IMG/VR virus record: IMGVR_UViG_3300030098_005177
Location: 1-50,535 of that record
Length of the DNA: 50,535 bases
Direction: 5' to 3' (one strand)
DNA from: a virus
Taxonomy: Duplodnaviria; Caudoviricetes
Under the pieces are notes generated by a model. The model saw only the letters and a list, made by a program, of their open reading frames with translations, was not told the origin of the DNA and ran no database searches. Positions 1 to 7,414 of the stretch are shown in pieces (position 1 is the first letter of the stretch; every line of letters starts with the position of its first letter). A program made the position numbers and the translations under genes.

Positions 1-128
1 GAAGGTATATGTGAAGAATAAGGCTGGTTATAATATGATGGAGCGAATTACTATCGGTAAGCCTAAGGAAAGGCCTGTAGATGAAAAGCCTTTGGGTGAT
101 GTGCTATAACTTCCTGGATGTAATGGAG
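1..128. repeat. Terminal direct repeat copy 1 (circular assembly overlap)
   Basis: 1-128 is identical to 50408-50535 except T78 vs C50485; the repeat lies inside ORF 50154..50516. Confidence 0.95.
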
Positions 129-158
129 AGGCGTCTTTACCGGCGTCTCTCTTTTTTT
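126..158 (+). terminator. Rho-independent terminator-like hairpin
   Basis: GAGAGGCGTC / GGCGTCTCTC stem (G-U pairs) followed by a T run, just after the stop of the wrapped ORF. Confidence 0.7.
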
Positions 159-220
159 AATAATACTACACACATAACTGCGTGTGGAATCTTTATTTTT
201 AATAAGAAAGGAATGGTAAT

Positions 221-511
221 ATGTGTAATAAAAGACCTTTAGATCCAACTGATGAAGTTAATGTAAAGTATAGTAATTTTGATGAAGCTCTTATGAAAAT
301 GGAAACTTATACCAAAGGGATGAATGGTACAGATGCAACAGAATATCTTAATATTGCTTTATTAAATAATTACTTAAGAAGCAATCAAATTAAGATTAAA
401 GCCTTAGAGTATAGAATTTCTAAATTAGAAAAAGATTTAAAAAAAGTAAAGACAGAAAGTGTGGATACTGTAAATGATCCATACTATAACTTAGACAAAC
501 AAAAGGAGTGA
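221..511 (+). CDS. Hypothetical early protein (coiled-coil C-terminus)
   Basis: 96 aa ORF, upstream AAGGA, heptad-like IKALEYRISKLEKDLKK. Confidence 0.7.
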   Translation: MCNKRPLDPTDEVNVKYSNFDEALMKMETYTKGMNGTDATEYLNIALLNNYLRSNQIKIKALEYRISKLEKDLKKVKTESVDTVNDPYYNLDKQKE

Positions 512-515
512 TTTA

Positions 516-686
516 ATGGCAAACACTATTAGTGTGATCACGCTAAGGCCTCAAAGAGAGTTTAAGATACAATCAAGCGGACTAGTCCATATTGTATTTG
601 CACACTCAAGATTAGAGGCTTTAAGAAAAGGACGGGATTGGTTTAATACTACTGCAGTTAGAATAATTAATTCTAAAGCGGAGTAG
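516..686 (+). CDS. Small hypothetical early protein (56 aa, MANTISVITL...; below ORF-track cutoff)
   Basis: AAGGAG SD upstream of ATG at 516, open to TAG at 684-686. Confidence 0.7.
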   Translation: MANTISVITLRPQREFKIQSSGLVHIVFAHSRLEALRKGRDWFNTTAVRIINSKAE

Positions 687-706
687 TTACAGCCAACCGT
701 ATCTAA

Positions 707-756
707 AAAAGCCCGTTGAATGGATCGTTTCGGGGACCCAGAGTAGGCGGGCTTTT
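707..756 (+). terminator. Terminator-like / processing hairpin with internal sub-hairpin
   Basis: AAAGCCCGT ... GCGGGCTTTT stem enclosing an imperfect TGGATC/GACCCA hairpin. Confidence 0.55.
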
Positions 757-802
757 ATATTTTAAATTTATAATAGTTCGAGGTGATAAGGAGAAACAGT
801 AA

Positions 803-934
803 ATGCCAAGATGTCCTTATAAATATAAGTACGAGCTAGTAAATTGGTTAGTAAAAACACGTAATTACAATAGAAACAAGGTAAATAAATTATCCAAAAA
901 GCAGTTGTATGCTATTTGGTATAGTGCCAAGTAA
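803..934 (+). CDS. Small basic hypothetical protein (43 aa, MPRCPYKYKYELVNW...)
   Basis: TAAGGAG SD, ATG 803, TAA 932-934. Confidence 0.7.
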   Translation: MPRCPYKYKYELVNWLVKTRNYNRNKVNKLSKKQLYAIWYSAK

Positions 935-946
935 GTCCTTGTTTGT

Positions 947-979
947 ACCTCGCGGAGATAGCATCAAAGCGAGGTTTTT
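947..979 (+). terminator. Terminator-like hairpin
   Basis: ACCTCGC ... GCGAGGT followed by TTTT. Confidence 0.5.
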
Positions 980-1002
980 ATTTAAAAAAAGAAAGGACAA
1001 AG

Positions 1003-1143
1003 ATGGATAAGTCTGCAATAATACAGCAAATCAATAAGATTATTGAAGATGTGGCAAGGATGAAGAAGTTAATTGAAACTTTGCAAGCAAGATTAAAACA
1101 TACTGAAACTAAAACAGTATATTATAGGAGAACTGATAAATGA
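1003..1143 (+). CDS. Small coiled-coil hypothetical protein
   Basis: ORF track 943..1143; ATG at 1003 with AAAGGA SD is the more likely start; ATGA overlap with the next gene. Confidence 0.65.
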   Translation: MDKSAIIQQINKIIEDVARMKKLIETLQARLKHTETKTVYYRRTDK

Positions 1144-1757
1144 AGGATACTTTTAAGTACAACGGTATAACTTATAATAAGCCAAAAAACCCCTCAAAGA
1201 GAATTAAAACTCTTATGGCTTGGTCTGACCAAGAGGAACTTTTGGAAAAAGTAAAAGATAATGTTAATATGAGTCGAGTATTAGATCTTATTATTAGATA
1301 TGTTGAAGATGCTTCACGCGGTGGAGCTGATGCTGTTAAAAGTGCAGCCAATGATATAGATATCTTTAATATTAAGCTTTTTTCATTAATAAAGAAAATA
1401 GCGAAATCAGGTATTAATAAAAGTATTAAGGCTAAACAAGATTACAGCACGCTTGTTGATGATTGTAAAGATTGTTTAAAAATTAATGAATCAGCTTTGA
1501 ATCAAAAGCGTAAAGATTTATACGATCAAATAGTTGCCCGTATTAAGCCTAAATATTTGTATCGTAAAAAGTCAATTAGTCCAAGATCTTTATTTAAAAA
1601 GAAGTATTCTGACTTCTCATCTTTAGAAGACTTTCGTAATAAAGTAAACGCATATCCATATGCAACTTGTACAGGTAAATCTGGAATACCAGGGTTAGGG
1701 TATAGAACTGAAGAATCAATAGTAGATATAATAGATAAGTATGAATATTTACTTTAA
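1140..1757 (+). CDS. Hypothetical basic protein, possible C-terminal HhH / alpha-CTD-like motif
   Basis: 205 aa, AGGAG SD; C-terminal IPGLGYRTEESIVDII resembles a helix-hairpin-helix GxG motif. Confidence 0.6.
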   Translation: MKDTFKYNGITYNKPKNPSKRIKTLMAWSDQEELLEKVKDNVNMSRVLDLIIRYVEDASRGGADAVKSAANDIDIFNIKLFSLIKKIAKSGINKSIKAKQDYSTLVDDCKDCLKINESALNQKRKDLYDQIVARIKPKYLYRKKSISPRSLFKKKYSDFSSLEDFRNKVNAYPYATCTGKSGIPGLGYRTEESIVDIIDKYEYLL

Positions 1758-1776
1758 ATAAGGAGATCCATTATGT

Positions 1777-2088
1777 ATGAAAAATGAAAGAATAATAGAA
1801 ATAGAGATATTTATATTAATATTTTTAGTACTTTTAATGTTAATCTTTGGGATAATGAATACAATTAGCAGGGATGATGATTTTGCATCTTTCCACTATC
1901 AAGAAGTACAAAAAGTAAAAAGATACTATGAAGAAATGCAACCTGATGGATTATATCTATTAGATCCAGTAATAATTAAGCTCGATGATTTAAGCTTTCA
2001 GGAGGCTTTCAGAATAGTAAGAGCAGTAAGAGGTAATAATGCTATCTTTTACTGGAAAGGTAATAAGTTCAGCACAAATAAGGAGTAA
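1777..2088 (+). CDS. Membrane-anchored hypothetical protein
   Basis: N-terminal hydrophobic helix (IFILIFLVLLMLIFGIM); C-terminal SFxEAF...FxWKGxKFST module. Confidence 0.7.
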   Translation: MKNERIIEIEIFILIFLVLLMLIFGIMNTISRDDDFASFHYQEVQKVKRYYEEMQPDGLYLLDPVIIKLDDLSFQEAFRIVRAVRGNNAIFYWKGNKFSTNKE

Positions 2089-2089
2089 T

Positions 2090-2272
2090 ATGAAGCCGAA
2101 AACGGATGATTATGAAAAGCACAAAAGATATGTAGTGCATTATAAGATTGCTGATGAAAAAACGTATAAGTTCTTTGACAAAAAGGACCACGCAGAAACA
2201 TTTGCTACTGATGTTGGTGGCAAAATAACAGTGTACACTACACTAGAAAGAAAAGGTAATAAAAATGGCTGA
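2090..2272 (+). CDS. Hypothetical protein overlapping the Ubl gene
   Basis: ORF track 2039..2272; ATG 2090 with AAGGAG SD; overlaps the Ubl start by 8 nt. Confidence 0.65.
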   Translation: MKPKTDDYEKHKRYVVHYKIADEKTYKFFDKKDHAETFATDVGGKITVYTTLERKGNKNG

Positions 2273-2495
2273 TAATGTAACAACTTCAAGTAATGAAATA
2301 GTTATTGAATTAATGAGCGGAACTGCCGACTATCAAGAAACAAGGACGACAGCACGCACAGTAGGAGAACTAAAGCGAGAACTTGGATTAACAGGAACTA
2401 TTGCTGTAAATAGAGTAATTGCAACTGATGAAACTCCTTTAGAAGAAGGAAGTAAGGTAGTTTTCCGAGGATCAAATATGAAGGGTGGCTGTTAA
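2265..2495 (+). CDS. Ubiquitin-like (beta-grasp, MoaD/ThiS/Ubl-type) protein, pro-form ending GG-C
   Basis: 76 aa; TVGELKREL helix, IAVN strand and DETPLEEGSKVVF strand typical of beta-grasp; C-terminal KGGC; lies next to E2/JAB/E1 genes. Confidence 0.9.
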   Translation: MADNVTTSSNEIVIELMSGTADYQETRTTARTVGELKRELGLTGTIAVNRVIATDETPLEEGSKVVFRGSNMKGGC

Positions 2496-2523
2496 TCACG
2501 TCATTCTTATTAGTATAAGTTAT

Positions 2524-2650
2524 AATTGAAAGATATCAAATGGATACGGCAAAGCAACGTCACTCGCTACTATTCAGGTGCACTTGATGTACAGGATATG
2601 TAGAAATGAGCACTAATCCTTTAAGGATACGAAATTTTTATCTTTTAATT
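2524..2650 (+). ncRNA. Candidate structured RNA in the Ubl-E2 intergenic region
   Basis: 12-bp closing stem AATTGAAAGATA / TATCTTTTAATT enclosing nested stems (CTC/GAG, CTAC/GTAG, TATTC/GGATA, TCCT/AGGA). Confidence 0.4.
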
Positions 2651-2655
2651 TAATT

Positions 2656-2711
2656 AGCAGGGAGGGATCTTTAAATTGCCCGAGGGTATACATTTTTCTT
2701 CCCTCTCTGCT
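2656..2711 (+). promoter_or_regulatory. Long hairpin just upstream of the E2-like gene RBS
   Basis: AGCAGGGAGGGA / TCCCTCTCTGCT 12-bp stem with a small inner hairpin and an ACATTTTTC bulge. Confidence 0.55.
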
Positions 2712-2728
2712 TAACTTTAAGGAATAAT

Positions 2729-4462
2729 ATGTTACCAAAACTATTTAAATACGAAAGATTATCTGATGTAGGTGAGTTTTTCACAAAATTAGATAATTTT
2801 AATGTACAATATAACAGTGATGTAGATGTATATGAATCTGCAAGATGGAAAAATGGGACTTATAATAAGTTTAAAAAAATAGCAATAGATACCCAATATC
2901 CTCACTGGAAAAGTAAAAGAGGAGCCAATAAGGTACATAAACTCCTAGAAAGAAGAAATTGGAGATATGAAAACTTCAAAACACAATTAACTGAATTGAA
3001 TAATTTCCTAGTTGGATATAGATATAGAGGTTTAACCTTAAAAAATGAAGAATCTGTAACGGCTGGGAAAACATTTATTGAAGGGTATATTGAAAGTATA
3101 GAAAATATTAGTGATAATAATATTGATGCAGAAATAACTACATCTCCCTGGTTTAGTTCTAAGGATATAAATAAAATCCCTAATGATATGATAAGCTCTT
3201 TTCCTCAGGTGAATGATAAAGGGGAAATATATGAGAAATTATATAATAATGAATTAGATATAGATCGTAATTCTCCATCAAATTGGTACCTAAATATTAA
3301 GTTTGATTTAAGGGATATTATCCTTAAACCTACATATGGTGATAAACCAAGTATAGAAATACCTTTTGGAGATATTTACCTTTTGTTTACGATACCATTA
3401 TCAGGATTATATGATTTAAGTCGATCTAATGGCTCAACTAGATTAAGATCTAGTCTTATTAAGATAAAGCAATGGGCTTATGTCTATCCATACTTTCCTA
3501 AAGTCAAACATCCTTTTGTAACTACTACAAATAATTTTCATTATGAAAGACAGCCGTCAAGTTATAATGATTTAAATTCTTATTCTTTAGGGAATACGTG
3601 CTTTGGAGATTTGCACGATAGAATATTAATATTGATTGGCAAGGGTAGATTTGATGAAGTTATGTTTTATCTTCAAGAATGGTCATCAGCTTATCCTATG
3701 GATACAGTTAACCCATTAAATAATATATCTTATTCTACAATAATATCTGATAAAAATTGGCCAAGTATATATAAAGACAGGATAATAATTGTTCAAGAAA
3801 ATTGCAAAAGAAGAGTTGATTCTTACAAGCAAGGCGGGACTGAACATTATAATCCAGATATAGGAATTAATGAACAATATATAGCAGATAATTGCGTCAA
3901 TTGTGACTTAATAACTAGATGTAATGTCTTTAATGATTATTTATTATGGTCTAACCTTATCGCTAAGTATGAATGTAGCTTATCTAAAAAAGATATAGAT
4001 ATATTGAATAATTTCTATAAAAAGCACTTTAATAACGATAAGTATAAGGATGATTTTATTGAAGCATATGAAGTATTTGTAAATAATATAGCGGATATAG
4101 AAGATTCAAAGAGTTATTTTTGTAGCCTTTTCCAAGAGTTTGATGATATACCTTTTAAGATAGATAGATTTGTCAGTCAAGACTGTATAGATAATTTATT
4201 ATCTGGAACACTTGATTTGGAAGAATTTTGCTATCTGATAGAAGATTTGTGGCTAATTGTAGATAGGCTTTATATAATAGATGTATATCCAGAAAGAGTA
4301 GAAGACTTAGGGATTGATATAACTACTACAAGTCACGCAGATCTAGAAGAGTATCTAATCGCTTGGAAATTTCAAGATGGGGCTAATTATAAACCCTTTA
4401 GAGAAATATTTTTAAACAGATTTATCTCTAAATCAATTCACAAAATAAGGAGAAACAGTTGA
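2729..4462 (+). CDS. Large prokaryotic E2-like (ubiquitin-conjugating) domain protein with Cys cluster
   Basis: 577 aa; H261-P ... GNTC291FG E2-type active-site signature followed by two helices; C359/C389xxC392/C398 cluster; sits between Ubl and JAB. Confidence 0.7.
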   Translation: MLPKLFKYERLSDVGEFFTKLDNFNVQYNSDVDVYESARWKNGTYNKFKKIAIDTQYPHWKSKRGANKVHKLLERRNWRYENFKTQLTELNNFLVGYRYRGLTLKNEESVTAGKTFIEGYIESIENISDNNIDAEITTSPWFSSKDINKIPNDMISSFPQVNDKGEIYEKLYNNELDIDRNSPSNWYLNIKFDLRDIILKPTYGDKPSIEIPFGDIYLLFTIPLSGLYDLSRSNGSTRLRSSLIKIKQWAYVYPYFPKVKHPFVTTTNNFHYERQPSSYNDLNSYSLGNTCFGDLHDRILILIGKGRFDEVMFYLQEWSSAYPMDTVNPLNNISYSTIISDKNWPSIYKDRIIIVQENCKRRVDSYKQGGTEHYNPDIGINEQYIADNCVNCDLITRCNVFNDYLLWSNLIAKYECSLSKKDIDILNNFYKKHFNNDKYKDDFIEAYEVFVNNIADIEDSKSYFCSLFQEFDDIPFKIDRFVSQDCIDNLLSGTLDLEEFCYLIEDLWLIVDRLYIIDVYPERVEDLGIDITTTSHADLEEYLIAWKFQDGANYKPFREIFLNRFISKSIHKIRRNS

Positions 4463-5388
4463 AAGACGAAAATAATAAAGACAAAAAATTCTGGATTCAT
4501 CCAGATGATTTTGATAAAATAATACAGTATGCACAATCTTCATACTCACAATTTAAAGCTGAAATCGCTGGACAATTAATGGTAGTTGAAGATAAAGATG
4601 GAGACTTTATATTAAAGAATCCTGTTATCCTGAAGCAAACAGTATCTGGTGCAGAATGTGATTTAGATGCTGAAGAACTAGCAATTTATTATTCAACGAT
4701 AGCTGAAGAATATGGAACTAATGTTAGACACTGTTGGTGGCATAGCCATCATACTATGGATGCTTTCTGGTCAGGTACAGATAACTCTACGATATTGAAT
4801 AATCCTAGCAAGGATTTTACAGTAAGTTTAGTTATAAACCTTAAAAGAGAGTATAAGCTGAGGATACAATTCTTTAAACCATTTTTACACGAAGAAAACG
4901 TCACTTTAAATTTTCTTAAAACTGAGGATAAATCTAATCCTGAGATTGATGCTGAAGTGAAGAAATTGTGTCAAAAGGAAACTGCATTTGTATATTCAAA
5001 GCAATTGATAGCTAGAGGTCCTAATAATCAATATAATATATTTAATAGAGATGATGATTATGGAGGTTATGGAAACTATTATAATCATTATAGCAGTACG
5101 CTAAATAATGATGTTGATTTAAGTAAATTAGAGGCAAATATGCAAGATACGTTGCTTGATGAGATATCTGCTTTAACTGATAATTTTTATAATGAGCTAG
5201 AAAATAAGGAAGGATATAAGGAATGGAATAAATATGCTAAAAGAAAAAATCAAGAGATCTCTAAATATAATATCAAACTTATCAAGTTTAAAACTAATGA
5301 TGAATTTGAGACAGCTACTATGAGATATTGGCCAGAAGATTATATTCACAATATAAAGAAAGAAAAAAGTATATGCAATTTAATATAA
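4459..5388 (+). CDS. JAB/MPN+ (JAMM) metallo-isopeptidase
   Basis: E35 ... WWH95SH97HTMDAFWS105GTD108 = complete E-HxH-x7-SxxD JAMM motif; TTG start with AGGAG SD. Confidence 0.92.
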   Translation: MKDENNKDKKFWIHPDDFDKIIQYAQSSYSQFKAEIAGQLMVVEDKDGDFILKNPVILKQTVSGAECDLDAEELAIYYSTIAEEYGTNVRHCWWHSHHTMDAFWSGTDNSTILNNPSKDFTVSLVINLKREYKLRIQFFKPFLHEENVTLNFLKTEDKSNPEIDAEVKKLCQKETAFVYSKQLIARGPNNQYNIFNRDDDYGGYGNYYNHYSSTLNNDVDLSKLEANMQDTLLDEISALTDNFYNELENKEGYKEWNKYAKRKNQEISKYNIKLIKFKTNDEFETATMRYWPEDYIHNIKKEKSICNLI

Positions 5389-6038
5389 GAAGCAGTGGTT
5401 TAATTAATGACTTTGGAAATAAAATCTTCCATATACTTGGTTGCGGGGCTATAGGTAGTTCCGCAGCTACTCAATTATGTCGTATGGGTGTAGAAAATTT
5501 TATTCTATATGATATGGACAAAGTTGGAGTAGAAAATATTGGCGTAAGTCAATTTACTACTAAAGACATAGGAAGAAGCAAAGTTCAGGCTCTTAAAAGA
5601 CAATTACTTGATATAAATAGTAATATATCATCAGTTCTTTCTGATGGAGAATTTAAAGAGTATTTCAAGAAGTTAGATAGTCGAGACGTGGTTATTATCG
5701 GTTTTGATAATATGGCTATAAGAAAACAGGCTGCAGAGTTAGCATTATCACGCCCCAACAAACCGTTTTTATTAATAGACGGAAGAATGGGTGCAGAACA
5801 ATACCAACAATATGTTTTTGTTAATCCAAAATTAAAGGATTATATGAAATATTGGTATGATGATGACTCAGCATCTACTGAACCTTGCAATGCAAAAGCA
5901 ACGAGTTATTGTTCAAATATGAGTGGTAGCTTTATAGCAAATGCAGTTAAGAAAGTTATGAATAATGAAGGGTATAGTAAAGAATTTTTCTTTCAATTTC
6001 CCAATTATTCCTTGGGAAGATCAAGCGTTATTCATTAA
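5373..6038 (+). CDS. E1-like ThiF/MoeB family adenylyltransferase
   Basis: GCGAIGS loop, DMDKVGVENI, KVQAL, GFDNMAIR, DGRMG; candidate catalytic Cys in EPC172; likely start ATG 5373 (ORF track 5328). Confidence 0.93.
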   Translation: MQFNIRSSGLINDFGNKIFHILGCGAIGSSAATQLCRMGVENFILYDMDKVGVENIGVSQFTTKDIGRSKVQALKRQLLDINSNISSVLSDGEFKEYFKKLDSRDVVIIGFDNMAIRKQAAELALSRPNKPFLLIDGRMGAEQYQQYVFVNPKLKDYMKYWYDDDSASTEPCNAKATSYCSNMSGSFIANAVKKVMNNEGYSKEFFFQFPNYSLGRSSVIH

Positions 6039-6041
6039 CTT
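6012..6041 (+). promoter_or_regulatory. Putative sigma70-type promoter of the replication operon
   Basis: TTGGGA-N18-TAACTT, same architecture as three - strand promoters. Confidence 0.6.
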
Positions 6042-6059
6042 ACAAGGTCGTTAATTATG

Positions 6060-6128
6060 AACTTTTGGGGCAATGATTCATACTACCGTGTGTGACATTT
6101 TCATCTCCGATTATTGTCCCATTAGTTC
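6060..6128 (+). promoter_or_regulatory. Structured 5' leader of the replication operon
   Basis: GGGGCAATGAT / ATTATTGTCCC stem, inner TCATAC/GTGTGA hairpin, bulge CATTTTCATCTCC. Confidence 0.55.
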
Positions 6129-6155
6129 TAAAATCAAATAAAATAAGAGGTACTT

Positions 6156-6824
6156 ATGTTAGAAGTGACAAAACGTAAGGCCGTAACACAGGACCCAAAA
6201 ATTCTGTTGATTTATGGCCCCCCTAAGATAGGGAAAACTACTATGCTCTCTAAATTAGATAAATGTCTAATATTAGATACAGAGCAAGGAGCACGTATGG
6301 TCGATGGCCATATAGTAGAAGTTGATTCTCGCAAAGCGTTAATCGATTTAATTAAGAAAGCAAAAGACGGGCATTCTTTCAAATACATAGCTATTGACAC
6401 TATTGATAAAGTAGTACAATGGGCTGAAACTGCTGTATGTGAAGAACACGAAGTTCAATCACTAGCAGATTTACCATTTGGTAAAGGTTGGGGACTTGCT
6501 CGTGATAAGGTAATGAATACAATCAAAACTTTATCTGGATTATGTGACCATCTAATAATAGTTGGACACAGAAAGACTGCAAAAGCTATTGTTGAAGGTA
6601 ATGATGCAATAGAACCTGAGTCTTTAGAAATAACAGGTAGATTGAAGAATATGATTATGGCAGATTGTGATGCTATTGGATATGTCTTTAGAGACGAAGA
6701 AGAAGTTTTAAAATTAACTTTCAAAAGTAATAATACTCTAGAGGCAGGTTCAAGAAGTCCACATCTACGTGGCAAAGTTCTTGACTTTGATTGGAAACAA
6801 ATATATTTAGGAAAGGCAAAATAA
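6156..6824 (+). CDS. AAA-domain (Sak4-like) ssDNA-annealing ATPase
   Basis: Walker A GPPKIGKT, ILDTEQG, Walker B IAIDT, GKGWG, IIVGH. Confidence 0.85.
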   Translation: MLEVTKRKAVTQDPKILLIYGPPKIGKTTMLSKLDKCLILDTEQGARMVDGHIVEVDSRKALIDLIKKAKDGHSFKYIAIDTIDKVVQWAETAVCEEHEVQSLADLPFGKGWGLARDKVMNTIKTLSGLCDHLIIVGHRKTAKAIVEGNDAIEPESLEITGRLKNMIMADCDAIGYVFRDEEEVLKLTFKSNNTLEAGSRSPHLRGKVLDFDWKQIYLGKAK

Positions 6825-7414
6825 TGGCTTTATTTAAACCAGAAATAAAAGAACCAGTAACTTTTAGTGGAATCTGTAAATGTGCAATAGTAGGCTTTGA
6901 GGATAAATCAGCCGAATTTGAATGGGCAGATATGTTTATTAATGTAATTGTGAAACAAGAAGGTAGCGATTATACTAGAACTATATCTATTAAAGGATCT
7001 GTAGAAAAAGATACTAATGGTGTAGTAACAGGTGGAACCATATTTAATAAGTTATACCGCGTGTTTGATACTTTAAAGTGTAGTGCAGGTGTAAATATTA
7101 ATGGTGAATGGGAAGATGATAAAGGCAATCCTATTACTGATATTGCAGATTATCTTACTTCAAGATATGCAGTAGATCCTAATAATGTAAATAGTTTTCC
7201 TTATTTAGGATACTTTTATAAGAGTGCCCCTAAAACTCCAGGAGGACAATCTTATAATCAATCTATACCTTACTTAGTTCATAATGATGATGCTGGTAGA
7301 GCAACTTTAAACAAGACTGTTAATTGGATGAAAGATAAAGGATATTTGAAAGAGTTTAATCCTAATTCAAAAGAGTCAGCTGAATTAACAGAAGTTTCAT
7401 TAGGCAACTTATAA
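6824..7414 (+). CDS. Putative ssDNA-binding protein
   Basis: Position between the Sak4-like ATPase and the primase-helicase; beta-rich; TAATG overlap gives start 6824 (ORF track 6791). Confidence 0.5.
   Translation: MALFKPEIKEPVTFSGICKCAIVGFEDKSAEFEWADMFINVIVKQEGSDYTRTISIKGSVEKDTNGVVTGGTIFNKLYRVFDTLKCSAGVNINGEWEDDKGNPITDIADYLTSRYAVDPNNVNSFPYLGYFYKSAPKTPGGQSYNQSIPYLVHNDDAGRATLNKTVNWMKDKGYLKEFNPNSKESAELTEVSLGNL

Noticed and set aside
1-128. Physical terminal repeat of the virion DNA
   Set aside because: The repeat starts mid-gene and its length fits an assembly overlap.
63-248. 61-aa - strand ORF
   Set aside because: Opposes the early arm and overlaps a terminator and two + strand genes.
2524-2650. 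Hammerhead ribozyme or c-di-GMP riboswitch (ATGAG...CGAAA, GGCAAA)
   Set aside because: The CUGAUGA core and the GEMM-I layout are not present; kept only as an unassigned structured RNA.
5373-6038. ThiF/MoeB as a thiamine or molybdopterin biosynthesis auxiliary gene
   Set aside because: No thiG/moaE/cysteine desulfurase/rhodanese genes nearby and no MoeB CxxC zinc motifs; the adjacent E2-like and JAB genes favour conjugation. Not formally excluded.
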